A stretch of DNA of 64,000 bases from Dehalococcoidia bacterium (GCA_963663895.2 CAXXRD010000005.1:128001-192000); one strand, 5' to 3'. Shown: positions 19,297-29,877, counted from the first letter of the stretch. The notes: generated from the sequence alone by a model not told the origin. Translations and numbers: made by a program.

Positions 19297-19704
19297 TTAA
19301 GCCTGGCCGCCGGGCGCCGGGCCGCCGGCCTTGGTGCCGCCGCCGCCCACCATGAGGATCGCGCCCTCGACGGTCACGAAGAGCAGGCCTCCGGCGTGCA
19401 TGCGGAAGATCACCTCAATGCCGTCCAAGACCTCCGTGGAGGCGACGCCCTTGGCGACCCAGGTGTGCGGGCCGCAGCGCGCGTCGACGCGGGCCTGCGC
19501 CGGCCAGAGCACGAGCGTGATGTTGCCGCGGGGGCTGCGGTAGTCGATGCGGTAGACGGGCCCGGCGGCGGCTTCGCAGTACGGCTCGATCCGCAGCGGC
19601 GCTCTCAGGAGGGCGGCGACGGCCTCGGCGGCCTCGCGCGGGAGGCCAGCGAAGCGGGTGGTGCGGCGCGGGCGGGCGCCGGGCTCGTCAGCGCGGGCGG
19701 GCAT
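19297..19704 (-). CDS. Hypothetical protein
   Basis: ATG at 19704 overlaps the rarA 3' end; high-GC3 coding pattern; beta-rich globular-looking sequence. Confidence 0.65.
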   Translation of the reverse strand: MPARADEPGARPRRTTRFAGLPREAAEAVAALLRAPLRIEPYCEAAAGPVYRIDYRSPRGNITLVLWPAQARVDARCGPHTWVAKGVASTEVLDGIEVIFRMHAGGLLFVTVEGAILMVGGGGTKAGGPAPGGQA

Positions 19705-21130
19705 CGGGGGGTGGCGGGCGCCGATCGCGCGCCGCGGCTTGCTGCGCGCCGGCGGGGCGTTCGGTGCGTTCAATGCTTTCGGTGCTGCGCGTGGACGATC
19801 TTTCGGAGCGGCCTTTCGAAGCACCTTGCGAGAGGCGCGGCTCCTCGCCTGTGTCGGCGGCCCGGTAGTAGCGGCGTCCAAGGAGCGGCTCGGGCAGATA
19901 GGTCTGATCGGAGGCGACGTGACCATCGTAGTCGTGGGCGTACTGGTAACCGGCGCCGTAGCCCAGATCTCGCATCAGCCCGGTGGGGGCGTTGCGGAGG
20001 TGCAGCGGCACGGCCAGGGCGCCGTGCTCTTGCACGTCGGCCAGGGCGCGGTTGTAGGAGGCGAGCGCGGAGTTACTTTTGGGCGCGAGCGCGAGATAGA
20101 GCGTCGCTTCCGAGAGGGGCAGGAAGCCCTCCGGCATGCCGACGAGATGGACGGCGTGCTGCGCGGCGACCGCGACGGGGAGCGCGCGCGGGTCCGCCAG
20201 TCCGATATCTTCCGCCGCCAGGATGACGAGGCGCCGCGCCACGAAGAGCGGGTCCTCGCCGGCCTCCAGCATGCGGGCGAGCCAGTAGAGCGACGCGTCC
20301 GGATCCGAGCCGCGCAACGACTTGATGAGCGCGGAAACGGTGTCGTAGTGCGAGTCGCCGGCCTTGTCGTGGGCCAGGCGCCGCTGCACGACCTCCTGGA
20401 CGAGTGCGGCCGTGACCGCCTCCTTCCCGCGCGCCGCGAGGACTGCGGATTCGAGGGCGCCCAGGGCGCGGCGCGCGTCGCCGCCGGACTGCACGACGAT
20501 GGCGTCCAGCGCGTCCGCTTCAACGGTCGCGCGACGCCCCCCCAGTCCCCGCTCGCCGTCGTGGAGCGCGCGCTCGACGAGAGCGCGAAGCAGGTCCGGC
20601 GGCAGCGGCTTGAGCGTGTGGACGCGGGTCCGCGAGAGCAGCGGGCCGATCACTTCGAAGGACGGATTCTCGGTCGTCGCGCCGATCAAGGTGATGGTGC
20701 CGTCTTCCACGTGCGGCAAGATCACGTCCTGTTGCGCCTTGTTGAAGCGGTGGATCTCGTCGATGAAGAGGATGGTCCGCTGCCCTTGCCGTTCCCGGCG
20801 GACGCGGGCGTCCGCGATGAGCTGGCGCAGCTCGGCGACGCCGGCCGAGACTGCGGAGAGGGGCGCGAAGTAGGCGTTGCTGCGCTTGGCGATGAGGCGC
20901 GCCAGCGTCGTCTTGCCGCTGCCCGGCGGTCCCCAGAGGATCAGCGAGGGGACGTGGTCGGCGTCGATCGCACGCCGCAGCGGGCGCTCCGGTCCGACGA
21001 GGTGCTCCTGCCCGACGAACTCGTCGAAGGTGCGCGGACGCATGCGCGCCGCGAGCGGGGCGCCGGGATCGATCACGTTGGCGGAGTCGAAGAGCGTGGC
21101 GCCGGGCGGAGGACGCTTGCGCGTGGCGAT
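19688..21130 (-). CDS. rarA: Replication-associated recombination protein A (MgsA/RarA AAA+ ATPase)
   Basis: PLAARMRP, WGPPGSGKTT, DEIHRFNKAQQD, ATTENPSF, KSLRGSD, LRNAPT; start either GTG 21076 or ATC 21130 (RBS plus TLFD N-terminus). Confidence 0.95.
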   Translation of the reverse strand: MATRKRPPPGATLFDSANVIDPGAPLAARMRPRTFDEFVGQEHLVGPERPLRRAIDADHVPSLILWGPPGSGKTTLARLIAKRSNAYFAPLSAVSAGVAELRQLIADARVRRERQGQRTILFIDEIHRFNKAQQDVILPHVEDGTITLIGATTENPSFEVIGPLLSRTRVHTLKPLPPDLLRALVERALHDGERGLGGRRATVEADALDAIVVQSGGDARRALGALESAVLAARGKEAVTAALVQEVVQRRLAHDKAGDSHYDTVSALIKSLRGSDPDASLYWLARMLEAGEDPLFVARRLVILAAEDIGLADPRALPVAVAAQHAVHLVGMPEGFLPLSEATLYLALAPKSNSALASYNRALADVQEHGALAVPLHLRNAPTGLMRDLGYGAGYQYAHDYDGHVASDQTYLPEPLLGRRYYRAADTGEEPRLSQGASKGRSERSSTRSTESIERTERPAGAQQAAARDRRPPPPDARPR

Positions 21131-21254
21131 GGGTCGGCCTCTCTAGTGCTTGTTGATCGTTCGTTGTCGTGATGGCTCGCGGGCATTGCCGGTCTGCTGC
21201 GTCGGGGCGGCGTCTGCCGCCAGGATAGCGCCGGGAGGCGTGTGCGCGGACGGG

Positions 21255-21878
21255 CTAGGCGAAGGCGCGCCTGCGGCCGCGCTGCTTGCTCCAGCCCTGG
21301 TAGAGCGACTCGGCCTTGCCCTGCGCCGTCCGCCAGTGGCGATCGGGATCGGGTCCGGCTTCCGGGTGGGCGGCGAGCCAGGCATCGCGCGCGGCCTCCG
21401 GCCGCAGTTCGCCCACCATGGCCCCGCGCAGCAACACGGCCTTCAGGATCTCCGTGGCCGCCTGCGACGGGACGAGCGGCTCGCCCTTCATGCCCGCGGG
21501 CTGAAATTGGCCGATGGCGACATCGGCGAAGCCGATGAGGGAGCCCGCATCGATGCCGGGGATGGCGTCCAGGATCTCCTGCGTGGCCTGTTTCTCCCTC
21601 ACGTAAGGGGTGACGGCGGCGGTGTTGGGGTACTGCTGGTCGATAAGGTGCATGGCAAAACGTTGGCGCCGTTGCGAGAGCAGCAGCGTCGCCCAAAAGG
21701 CGGGCTCGGCGATGTTGCTGAGCTCCCAGCCGCCGTAACCTTGTCCGCCCTTGCGACCCTGCCGCACTCGTAGCTTGGAGAGGAATTCCTGGGCGCCGAT
21801 CTCCAGCACGGTTCGCCGCCGCCGCCGCACGTCGTCCGAGTGGATCAGGGCCTTGGCGAAACGGCGGAAGACGGCCAT
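21255..21878 (-). CDS. Hypothetical protein translationally coupled to mutS2
   Basis: TGATG stop/start overlap at 21878; consistent codon bias; no recognised motif. Confidence 0.75.
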   Translation of the reverse strand: MAVFRRFAKALIHSDDVRRRRRTVLEIGAQEFLSKLRVRQGRKGGQGYGGWELSNIAEPAFWATLLLSQRRQRFAMHLIDQQYPNTAAVTPYVREKQATQEILDAIPGIDAGSLIGFADVAIGQFQPAGMKGEPLVPSQAATEILKAVLLRGAMVGELRPEAARDAWLAAHPEAGPDPDRHWRTAQGKAESLYQGWSKQRGRRRAFA

Positions 21879-24280
21879 CAGATCGCGAGGTGGGCGATCG
21901 TAACGCCCTCGCCCCCTTCGTTGCGTTCAGCGGGAGCGTACTTCGTCACGAGAGGGTGACGGCGCAGCAGATCGCGCACCGCCCGCCGCAGTGTACCGGT
22001 GCCCTTGCCGTGCACGACCTCGATGCGCTCCAGACCGGCGCGGAAGGCTTGGTCCACGAAGCTCTCGACGGTCGGGATGGCCTCGTCGAGCGTGCGTCCC
22101 CGCACTTCGATGCGAGAGCCCGGATCGACCGCACCGGTGGGTATTCGCACGGCGCCGGGGCGCGTGTCCCGTCCCCCAACCGCAATGATCTGGTCGGCGC
22201 GGACGCGTGTGCGCAGCGCTCCCAGTTGCACGGCGATCGTGCCGTCTTCGTCGAGTGTGCCGAGCGCCTCGCCGGGTTGCGGGACGCCGCGCAAGCGGAC
22301 GATTTGGCCCGCTCGAATCACGCTCGGGTTGACGGGGGCGCCGCGAGTCGCGGGATCTGCCGCTGCGCGCTTCTCGGTGATGGCGGCGCGCTCACGGCGG
22401 ATGCTGGTCAGGCGGGCGCGCCCGGCCGCGGCCTCTGCCTGCGCCGCTTGCACCTCGACCTTGCGGGCGGCGGCGAGGCGTTTCTCGGCATCCCGGATGC
22501 CGCTCCGCATCGCGGTTAACTCGCGCTCCATCTCGGCCTCGGTCCGCGCGAGGACGCGATCGCGCTCACTCTCCACTTCGTCGAGGCGACGGCGGAGATG
22601 CCTGCGGATCTCTTCGGCCTCGCGGCGCGCGAACTCCTCGGCACTGCGCGCGTCGGCGGCGGCGTTGCGCTCGCGTTGCAGCTCGGTGAGGAGCCGCTCG
22701 ACGCTTTGCTCGCCGGGGGCATAGACGGCGCGGGCATCGTCCAGCACGGCAGGCGGCAGACCGAGGCGCTCGGCGATGGCGATCGCGTTGCTGCGGCCCG
22801 GCAAGCCAAGACTGAGGCGATAGGTCGGGGAGAGCGTCTCATCGTCGAACTCCACGGATGCATTGATCACCCCGGGGGTCTCGTGAGCGAAGAGCTTCAG
22901 CTCGCCGTGATGGGTGGTGGCGACGAAGGTGGCGCCGAGGGTAAGCAGATGCGTGAGGAGAGCGCGGCCGAGCGCCGCGCCCTCCGTGGGATCGGTGCCT
23001 GCGCCCAGCTCGTCCAGTAAGACGAGGGCGCGCATATCGGCGCTCTCCAGAATGCGGATGATGTTGCGCATGTGGGAGGAGAAGGTCGAGAGCGACTGCT
23101 CGATGCTCTGCTCGTCGCCGATGTCGGCCGCTACGGTGGTGTAGACCGGGATGCGGCTGCCGAGCTCGGCGGGGATCGGGAGACCGGCGAGCGCCATTAA
23201 TGTGAGCAGCCCCGTGGTCTTGAGTGCAACGGTTTTGCCGCCGGTGTTGGGGCCGGTGATCAAGACGCCACGATGATCGGCTCCGGCGGAGAGGGAGATC
23301 GGGACGATATCGCCGCTGAGCAGCGGGTGGCGCGCCGCCTCCAAGCGCAACTCGCCTGGTGCTTCTCCGATCCAGTCCGCTGCTTCATCGTCGGCGAGCC
23401 CTTCGTGTGGAAGGGGCGCGTCGAGGTCGGCGGCGAGATCGGCCTTGGCGAGGGCGAAGTCGATCTCCCCCATGGCGGCGGTCGCCTGGCAGATCGGGCT
23501 GGCTTCCTCGCCGACGGCTGCACTGAGGCGACGGAGGATCTTTTCCACCTCCTGCTCTTCGCGCGCGCGCGCCTCGCGCCAGGCGTTGCCAAGCTCCACC
23601 GCGCCGATCGGCTCGATGAAAAGCGTGGCGCCGCTGGAGGAGACGCCGTGCACGATGCCGGGGAAATAGCGCTTGGCGTCCGCTTTGATCGGCACGACGT
23701 AGCGGCCGTCGCGCTCCGTCATGATCGGCTCTTGGGCCAAGCCACGGGATACGGCCTGCCGCAGCAATCGCTCCATGCGATCGTGCAGACGGGCGTGCGC
23801 GACCTGGATGGCGCGGCGCCGCTCGGGGAGTTCGGGGCTGGCGCTATCCAAGATCTCGCCGCGCGCCCCGATCGCGCCATCGAGAGCATCAATGAGGGGG
23901 GTGAAATCGCCGATCCGCTTGGCGATCGCCGTGAGCGTGGGAATGCGGTCACCGAGAGGGATCACGTGGTTGCGGGTATGCCGGGCGGCGCGGGCGAAGC
24001 CGAGCACGTCAAGGAGTTCGGAGGCCGTGAGCCGCCCGCCGCGGGCCGCCGACTGGACGAGAAGCGTGGGGTTCCCGGGCGCGCTGATGGTGAAGCGTGG
24101 CTTGATTCGCCGCAAGCGCTTGCCCTCGGCTGTCAGCCGCTGCCGGCGCAGCACTTCTTCGCGGTCGTCGCTGGGCGTGAGCGCGCGCGCCAGCGCGCGG
24201 CTGGCTTCCAGGGTGCAGTGATCTGCCAACCGGTCGCGGATCTTGGTGAATTCGAGCGCTTCGAGCGTCTTGGCGTCCAG
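21878..24280 (-). CDS. mutS2: Endonuclease MutS2
   Basis: N-terminus DAKTLEALEFTKIRDRLA, GPNTGGKT, DIGDEQSIEQSLSTFSSHM, DELGAGTDP, coiled coil, C-terminal Smr HGKGTG; frame opens at CTG 24280. Confidence 0.96.
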   Translation of the reverse strand: MDAKTLEALEFTKIRDRLADHCTLEASRALARALTPSDDREEVLRRQRLTAEGKRLRRIKPRFTISAPGNPTLLVQSAARGGRLTASELLDVLGFARAARHTRNHVIPLGDRIPTLTAIAKRIGDFTPLIDALDGAIGARGEILDSASPELPERRRAIQVAHARLHDRMERLLRQAVSRGLAQEPIMTERDGRYVVPIKADAKRYFPGIVHGVSSSGATLFIEPIGAVELGNAWREARAREEQEVEKILRRLSAAVGEEASPICQATAAMGEIDFALAKADLAADLDAPLPHEGLADDEAADWIGEAPGELRLEAARHPLLSGDIVPISLSAGADHRGVLITGPNTGGKTVALKTTGLLTLMALAGLPIPAELGSRIPVYTTVAADIGDEQSIEQSLSTFSSHMRNIIRILESADMRALVLLDELGAGTDPTEGAALGRALLTHLLTLGATFVATTHHGELKLFAHETPGVINASVEFDDETLSPTYRLSLGLPGRSNAIAIAERLGLPPAVLDDARAVYAPGEQSVERLLTELQRERNAAADARSAEEFARREAEEIRRHLRRRLDEVESERDRVLARTEAEMERELTAMRSGIRDAEKRLAAARKVEVQAAQAEAAAGRARLTSIRRERAAITEKRAAADPATRGAPVNPSVIRAGQIVRLRGVPQPGEALGTLDEDGTIAVQLGALRTRVRADQIIAVGGRDTRPGAVRIPTGAVDPGSRIEVRGRTLDEAIPTVESFVDQAFRAGLERIEVVHGKGTGTLRRAVRDLLRRHPLVTKYAPAERNEGGEGVTIAHLAI

Positions 24281-24283
24281 CGG

Positions 24284-25648
24284 TTACTCCTGAGTGAGCG
24301 TGGGTGATGGCTCGCTGTAGCGCGTGACCTCGAATCGGTAGAGGGTGGCGGCGTCGTGGGGCGCGATCGCCGCTTTTTTACGTGCGATCTCTACTTGCTG
24401 CGCAGGTGTCTCGACGCCGTCGAGGTTGGGCAAGAGCACGCCGCGCTGCCGGCCGTTTTCAACGACGACGCCGTATCGGCGGGCGTCGAGTTGCGATTCA
24501 TCGTGGACGCGCTCTGGCGGCGAGAGCAGATCGACCTTGTACCGCAGTTGGTCGAGTTCATTGGGGATGACCGGGCTGAAGCGCGGGTCGGCGCTGGCGG
24601 CCGCGATAGCGTTGTGAATGACCTCTGCCGCGAGGTTCGCCTGCCGTGGGGTGGTGGTTCCGATACAGCCGCGCAATTCGCCGGCCGCATTGAAGATGGA
24701 GACGAAAGTGGCGCCGCGCCGCTCAAGCCAGCGCGCATCGTCTATTTGGTCGGTACTCAGATACGTGCCGTCGCGGACGTAGGCTTCCACGGCGGCTCGG
24801 GCGAGGCACACGATCTCCGGCGTGGGTGGAGTTTCTCCGTCGGCCGCGCGCGGCCGGATGTCGATGTGGGCGGTGGTGTATCCCACCCCCCAGGGCGCCT
24901 CGGCGGTGATGATCCGTGGTTGCACGTCGTCGAGGGAGAGCGCGCCCATCAGCATCGCAACGGATGGCACGGAGTCTTCCGCCGCCTCGCGGCGGAAGAC
25001 TGCATCGAAGCCGAGCATAGTATCGAGGTCCCAGTCGGCGAGAGCGCGTTGGAACGCGTCTTCCCAGCGAGGTCCGGCCGGGTGGAATCCGTACGGGCCT
25101 TCGGCCTTGAGGGCATGAGAGCCGTCGGCGGAGGCGATGATGGCGACGCGCTTGTCGGCGCGGGCGATGACGGCTGCGATCGCCTGGCCTAGGGCGTAGT
25201 GATCATGCGGGCGCAGGAGGCTGACGGCGATCATTGCGACGGCCGCGTCGGGAGCGGCGCTCCGCAGATAATGGAGGGGCACCCAGGCGGAATGGTCGTT
25301 GGGGTTCCAGCGGTCGAGCGGGCGGATCGGGATGCCGTGTTGCTTGGCTTCGGTCAAGAGAACGGCCACGAAATCGCGGTCCGTCTCGATCGCGAACCGC
25401 TCGCTGCCGGCGCCGAAGTAGCTCATGTCGCCGCGGAGCGGTCCGGTAAGTACTCCGAAGCGATCGCGTTCGATGGGACCGTGCGGGCAGATGATCAAGA
25501 GCAGGTCCGGCGCAGCGTCCCGCAGGGCATCGTGCAGCGCGCCCATCGCTGCCATGGTGGCGCTCGCTTCTTTCTCGCGACCGCGCCCCACCGCCGGCAC
25601 GATGATGGGAGGATGCGGCGCGACGCAGGCGAAAACGGGCGACGCCAT
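24284..25648 (-). CDS. amrA: AmmeMemoRadiSam system protein A-like fusion (LigB/Memo-like N-domain + AMMECR1 C-domain)
   Basis: PHPPII, SADGSH, PWGVGY; C-terminal FVS...LRGCIGT, DPRF, GVLLP. Confidence 0.88.
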   Translation of the reverse strand: MASPVFACVAPHPPIIVPAVGRGREKEASATMAAMGALHDALRDAAPDLLLIICPHGPIERDRFGVLTGPLRGDMSYFGAGSERFAIETDRDFVAVLLTEAKQHGIPIRPLDRWNPNDHSAWVPLHYLRSAAPDAAVAMIAVSLLRPHDHYALGQAIAAVIARADKRVAIIASADGSHALKAEGPYGFHPAGPRWEDAFQRALADWDLDTMLGFDAVFRREAAEDSVPSVAMLMGALSLDDVQPRIITAEAPWGVGYTTAHIDIRPRAADGETPPTPEIVCLARAAVEAYVRDGTYLSTDQIDDARWLERRGATFVSIFNAAGELRGCIGTTTPRQANLAAEVIHNAIAAASADPRFSPVIPNELDQLRYKVDLLSPPERVHDESQLDARRYGVVVENGRQRGVLLPNLDGVETPAQQVEIARKKAAIAPHDAATLYRFEVTRYSEPSPTLTQE

Positions 25649-25703
25649 ACAGTTCCCTTGGTAGCTCCCCGCAACGGCTATTGTACCGGGCGCGGTGAGG
25701 TGT

Positions 25704-27056
25704 TCAGGACGAGAGCTCCCGCTGCAAGACGCCGATTACGGCTTCGTCCTCGCTTGGGTCGACGGTGCGCGGATCGAGACGGAGGGAGTCGTGTTCGACG
25801 CGTGCGACGACGGCGGGTTCGCCGGTCCGCAGACGGTCCGCGAGCCGGTTCGCGCCGTCACTGGGCGTGAGCGCAAGCACGCGGGCCGGCAAGCTCTCGC
25901 CGGGCAGGGAGCCGCCGCCGATCATCGATCGCCCCTCGATCACGGTGCCGGAGCCGATGGCGTCGCGCCAGGCCGTTGCGCGCTGGTCTAGCGCGTCGAC
26001 GGGGGCGGCGATCATGCGCCAGACGGGGATCTGCGTCTCGGCCTCGCCGAGAAGATAGTGCCGCAGCGTGGCGGCGAGGCCGGCGATGGTGGTCTTGTCG
26101 GGGCGGACGGCGCGGGCGAGCGGGTGGCTCCCGATCTTCGCGACGAGCTCGGCGCGCCCGACGATGAGGCCGGCTTGTGGTCCGCCTAAGAGCTTGTCGC
26201 CCGAGAAGAGGGCGAGATCCGCGCCGGCGGCGAGGCTGTCCTGCACGGTGGGCTCGGGAGAGAGGCCGTAGCGCGTGGTGTCGAGGAGGCAGCCGGAACC
26301 GAGGTCGTCGAGAAAGAGGGCGCCACCTTCGTCGGCGACGGTACGCATTTCGGAGAGCGAGGGTTGCTCGGTGAAGCCGATGATCTTGAAGTTGCTGGCG
26401 TGGATCCGCAACAGCGCGGCGCCTCCGGTTCCGCGATAGTCGCCGATGCGCGTGCGGTTGGTCGTCCCGACTTCGACGAGGGTGGCGCCACTCTGTCGCA
26501 CGATGTCCGGGATGCGGAAGCCCCCGCCGATCTCGACCGCTTGGCCGCGGCTGACGACGACCTCCCGCCCCGCGGCGAGCGCGGCGAGGCTGAGGAGGAG
26601 GGCGGAGGCATTGTTGTTCACAGCGAGGCCCGCCTCGGCCCCGGTTACCGCTTGGACGAGTGCGCCGAGGTGGTCGAAGCGGGAGCCGCGGCGGCCGGCG
26701 GCGAGGTCGTACTCGAGGTTGGAGAAGCTGCGGCCCACTGCGTCCATGGCCGCGCGGGTGGCGTCCGAGAGAGGCGCCCGGCCGAGGTTGGTGTGCAGCA
26801 CGACACCGGTCGCGTTGATGACGGGGCGTAGTGGGGGACGGTCCACCGCCTCAATGCCGGCGACGACCGCTTGGGCGAGCCCTTCAAGGCCGGCAGGGCT
26901 GCGCGAAGAGTCGGCGAGATCGGCGCGGGCACGCTCCAAGACCGCGCGCGCTTGCTCGGTGAGACGGCCGTTGGCGTAGCGTCCCCGCAGGAGTGCGACG
27001 GCGGGATGCTGCAAGATGCGATCGACGCTTGGTAACGCACGATACGGATTGGACAT
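25704..27056 (-). CDS. selA: L-seryl-tRNA(Sec) selenium transferase
   Basis: VINATGVVLHTNLGRAPL, EIGGGFRIPD, EVGTTNRT, DLGSG, FSGDKLLGGPQAG. Confidence 0.96.
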   Translation of the reverse strand: MSNPYRALPSVDRILQHPAVALLRGRYANGRLTEQARAVLERARADLADSSRSPAGLEGLAQAVVAGIEAVDRPPLRPVINATGVVLHTNLGRAPLSDATRAAMDAVGRSFSNLEYDLAAGRRGSRFDHLGALVQAVTGAEAGLAVNNNASALLLSLAALAAGREVVVSRGQAVEIGGGFRIPDIVRQSGATLVEVGTTNRTRIGDYRGTGGAALLRIHASNFKIIGFTEQPSLSEMRTVADEGGALFLDDLGSGCLLDTTRYGLSPEPTVQDSLAAGADLALFSGDKLLGGPQAGLIVGRAELVAKIGSHPLARAVRPDKTTIAGLAATLRHYLLGEAETQIPVWRMIAAPVDALDQRATAWRDAIGSGTVIEGRSMIGGGSLPGESLPARVLALTPSDGANRLADRLRTGEPAVVARVEHDSLRLDPRTVDPSEDEAVIGVLQRELSS

Positions 27057-27178
27057 GCCGGCGGGCCTTCACGTGAAGGCTAGCACGCTCCTTCCGTAGC
27101 CCGGAGGCATTGCCCGCTGTTGAAGGCCCTGCATATCATCAGTGCAATCCCGCATACGGTGACTACGGAGGCCATCAG

Positions 27179-28282
27179 GTGAATCTACGGATTCCCGGAC
27201 CCACGCCATGCCCGCCCGATGTTCTCGACGCGGTGGGCGGGCAGATGATCAACCATCGCGGACCGGAGTTTGCGGCGCTGCTGGAGCGCTTGTCCAGCGG
27301 TCTTCAGCCGTTCTTCCAGACCCGGCAAGACGTGCTCCTGATGACCTGCAGCGGCACGGGCGGTATGGAGGCTGCGATCGTCAACACGCTTTCGCCGGGT
27401 GACCGCGTGCTGGCGATCTCCATCGGAGCGTTTGGTGATCGCTTCGCCGAGATCGCGAGACTATACGGCGCGGACGTGACCGTGCTGGAGGCTGAGTGGG
27501 GTCGGGCGGTGGAGATCGAGCAGGTACGCGACGCGCTGCGCGCGGGCTCGGATTACCGCGCCGTCCTCGTAACGCACAACGAAACCTCGACCGGAGTGAC
27601 CAACCCGCTCGAAGAGATCAGCAACGTTGTACACGCGGAGAGCGATGCTCTCCTACTGGTCGACGCCGTGTCGAGCTTGGGATCGATTCCGCTGGCAACG
27701 GACGCCTGGGGCGTCGATGTCGCCGTCACGGCGTCGCAGAAGGGGTGGTTGGTGCCGCCCGGCTTAGCAATGCTGGCGTTCAGTGACCGCGCCTGGGCGG
27801 CGTCCGAGCGCGCGACCATGCCGCGCTTTTATTTGGATGCACGCATGCATCGCGACTTCGCGGCTAAGGGACAGACGCCCACGACGCCTGTGCTGCCGGT
27901 GCTGTACGGCCTTGACGCGGCGCTCGCGCGCATGCGACAGGAGGGCCGGGACGCGATCTTCGAACGGCATGCCCGCGTTGCGGAGCACACCCGTAGGGGT
28001 GTGGAGGCGCTTGGCCTCACCCTGCTCGCCGCCGAAGCGGTGGCCTCCGACACGGTCACCGCAGTGCGCGTGCCCGAGGGCGTCGATGGGAAGGCCCTCT
28101 CCCGCGTTCTGCGCCAGGAGCGCGGGACCGTGATCGCGGGCGGTCAGGGCAAGCTGGCCGGTAAGATCTTCCGCATCGGACACCTCGGTTGGGTGGACGA
28201 ACCGGATATCGACCGGGCGCTCGATGCGCTGCGGGCAACGCTGCCAGAGGTGGGGAGCGAAGCAGCCGTCGCGCGCGCCTGA
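27179..28282 (+). CDS. Class V PLP aminotransferase (serine-pyruvate / phosphoserine aminotransferase-like)
   Basis: LRIPGPT, SGTGGMEA, HNETSTGV, VDAVSS, SQK (PLP lysine), FRIGHLG; directly upstream of serA. Confidence 0.92.
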   Translation: MNLRIPGPTPCPPDVLDAVGGQMINHRGPEFAALLERLSSGLQPFFQTRQDVLLMTCSGTGGMEAAIVNTLSPGDRVLAISIGAFGDRFAEIARLYGADVTVLEAEWGRAVEIEQVRDALRAGSDYRAVLVTHNETSTGVTNPLEEISNVVHAESDALLLVDAVSSLGSIPLATDAWGVDVAVTASQKGWLVPPGLAMLAFSDRAWAASERATMPRFYLDARMHRDFAAKGQTPTTPVLPVLYGLDAALARMRQEGRDAIFERHARVAEHTRRGVEALGLTLLAAEAVASDTVTAVRVPEGVDGKALSRVLRQERGTVIAGGQGKLAGKIFRIGHLGWVDEPDIDRALDALRATLPEVGSEAAVARA

Positions 28283-28284
28283 CC

Positions 28285-29877
28285 GTGAACGAGCGGATTC
28301 TCGTTAGCGATTCGATCGCGCAAGAAGGGATCGATCTGCTCGCGCGGACGGCGGCGGTGGACGTGCGGCTCGGGCTGAGCCCGGACGAGCTGCTGGCGGC
28401 GATCCCGGCGTACGACGCGTTGGTGGTGCGGAGCCAAACCGTGGTGACGGGCGACTTGATTCGCGCCGGCGAGCGGTTGCGGGTAGTGGCGCGCGCGGGA
28501 GTGGGGGTCGACAACATCGACGTGGCGGCGGCGACTGAGCGAGGAGTGGTGGTGGTTAATGCCCCTATGGGAAACACTGTCTCCACGGCCGAGCTGACGG
28601 TCGTGTTGTTGTTGGCGTTGGCGCGGCATATCCCCGCTGCCGACGCGAGTCTGCGGCAGGGAGAGTGGGATCGAAAGGCCTTTTTGGGCGTCGAGGTGCG
28701 GGGTAAGACCGTGGGGTTAGTGGGGCTTGGGCAGGTTGGATCGGCGGTGGCCCGGCGGCTGCGAGCGATGGAGATGCATGTGCTCGCCGTCGATCCCTAC
28801 GTCCCGGACGAACGGGCGCGCATGGTGGGCGTTGAGCTGGTGGAGTTGGATGATCTGCTGCGGCGGGCGGATTTCGTATCACTACATACCGTGCTCACCG
28901 ACGAAACGCGCCGGTTAATCGGCCGGGATCAGATCGCGCTGATGAAACCGGAGGCGCGGATCATCAATACCGCCCGGGGCGGCCTGATCGACGAGGAGGC
29001 ACTGCTTGAAGCGCTGGAGGCGGGAAAGCTGGCTGGCGCTGCCTTGGACGTGTTCGAGCAAGAGCCTCCCTCGGCCAAGGCACTCTTGGAGCATCCTCGC
29101 GTCGTGGTGACTCCGCACCTCGGCGCTTCGACGCTGGAGGCGCAAGAACAGGTCGCGTTGGACGTGGCGCGAGAGATCCGGCTGGTGCTCGACGGACATC
29201 CCGCAACTGCGGCTGTCAACGCGCCGTTCGTCGATCCGGAGACGCTGGAGGCGGTCGGGCCATATCTGGAGGTCGCACGGATGTGCGGCACCCTCGCAAC
29301 GCAGGTAGCCGTGGGCCAGTGGCGCTCGGTGCGGATTAGTTACGACGGCGAGATCGCGGAGCACGATGTCACCGCGCTCAAGGCGGCTGCGGTCGCCGGC
29401 TTACTGGAGACGATCAGTGAAGAGCGCGTGAACTTGGTTTCGGTGAACAACGTTATCGCGCACCGTGGCTGGCAGGTGACCGAAGAGAAGAATCCTGAGA
29501 GCGAGGAATACGCCAACCTGATCACGGTCCGGCTCATGACGTCGGGCGGCGAGGCAAGCGTCGCCGGGACGCTGGCGCATGGTGTGGGCCATATCGTCGA
29601 GGTCGACGGCGCGCATGTCGATGTGTCGCGCGACGACCATTCCGACGGCCATAGTCATATCTTGCTTCTCGAGAACGAGGACCGGCCTGGGCGAATTGGA
29701 GCGGTGGGGACGGAGCTTGGCGACATGGGTGTGAATATCTCGTCGATGGACGTTGGCCGTCAGGAGCGCGGGATGGCGTTGATGGTGCTGACGGTCGGCC
29801 GGGCGCTGACGCAGACGGAGGTTGATCGTATCGGTGCGATCCCCGGCATCGACCGGGTCGTACAGGCGCGGATCTGA
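28285..29877 (+). CDS. serA: D-3-phosphoglycerate dehydrogenase
   Basis: RAGVGVDNID, GLGQVG, INTARGG, LDVF, TPHLGAST, ASB and C-terminal ACT (DRPG.IG) domains. Confidence 0.95.
   Translation: MNERILVSDSIAQEGIDLLARTAAVDVRLGLSPDELLAAIPAYDALVVRSQTVVTGDLIRAGERLRVVARAGVGVDNIDVAAATERGVVVVNAPMGNTVSTAELTVVLLLALARHIPAADASLRQGEWDRKAFLGVEVRGKTVGLVGLGQVGSAVARRLRAMEMHVLAVDPYVPDERARMVGVELVELDDLLRRADFVSLHTVLTDETRRLIGRDQIALMKPEARIINTARGGLIDEEALLEALEAGKLAGAALDVFEQEPPSAKALLEHPRVVVTPHLGASTLEAQEQVALDVAREIRLVLDGHPATAAVNAPFVDPETLEAVGPYLEVARMCGTLATQVAVGQWRSVRISYDGEIAEHDVTALKAAAVAGLLETISEERVNLVSVNNVIAHRGWQVTEEKNPESEEYANLITVRLMTSGGEASVAGTLAHGVGHIVEVDGAHVDVSRDDHSDGHSHILLLENEDRPGRIGAVGTELGDMGVNISSMDVGRQERGMALMVLTVGRALTQTEVDRIGAIPGIDRVVQARI

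Noticed and set aside
25704-27056. Selenoprotein (UGA read-through) near selA
   Set aside because: TGA stops examined in the window fall at natural family C-termini; none aligns with a catalytic Cys position
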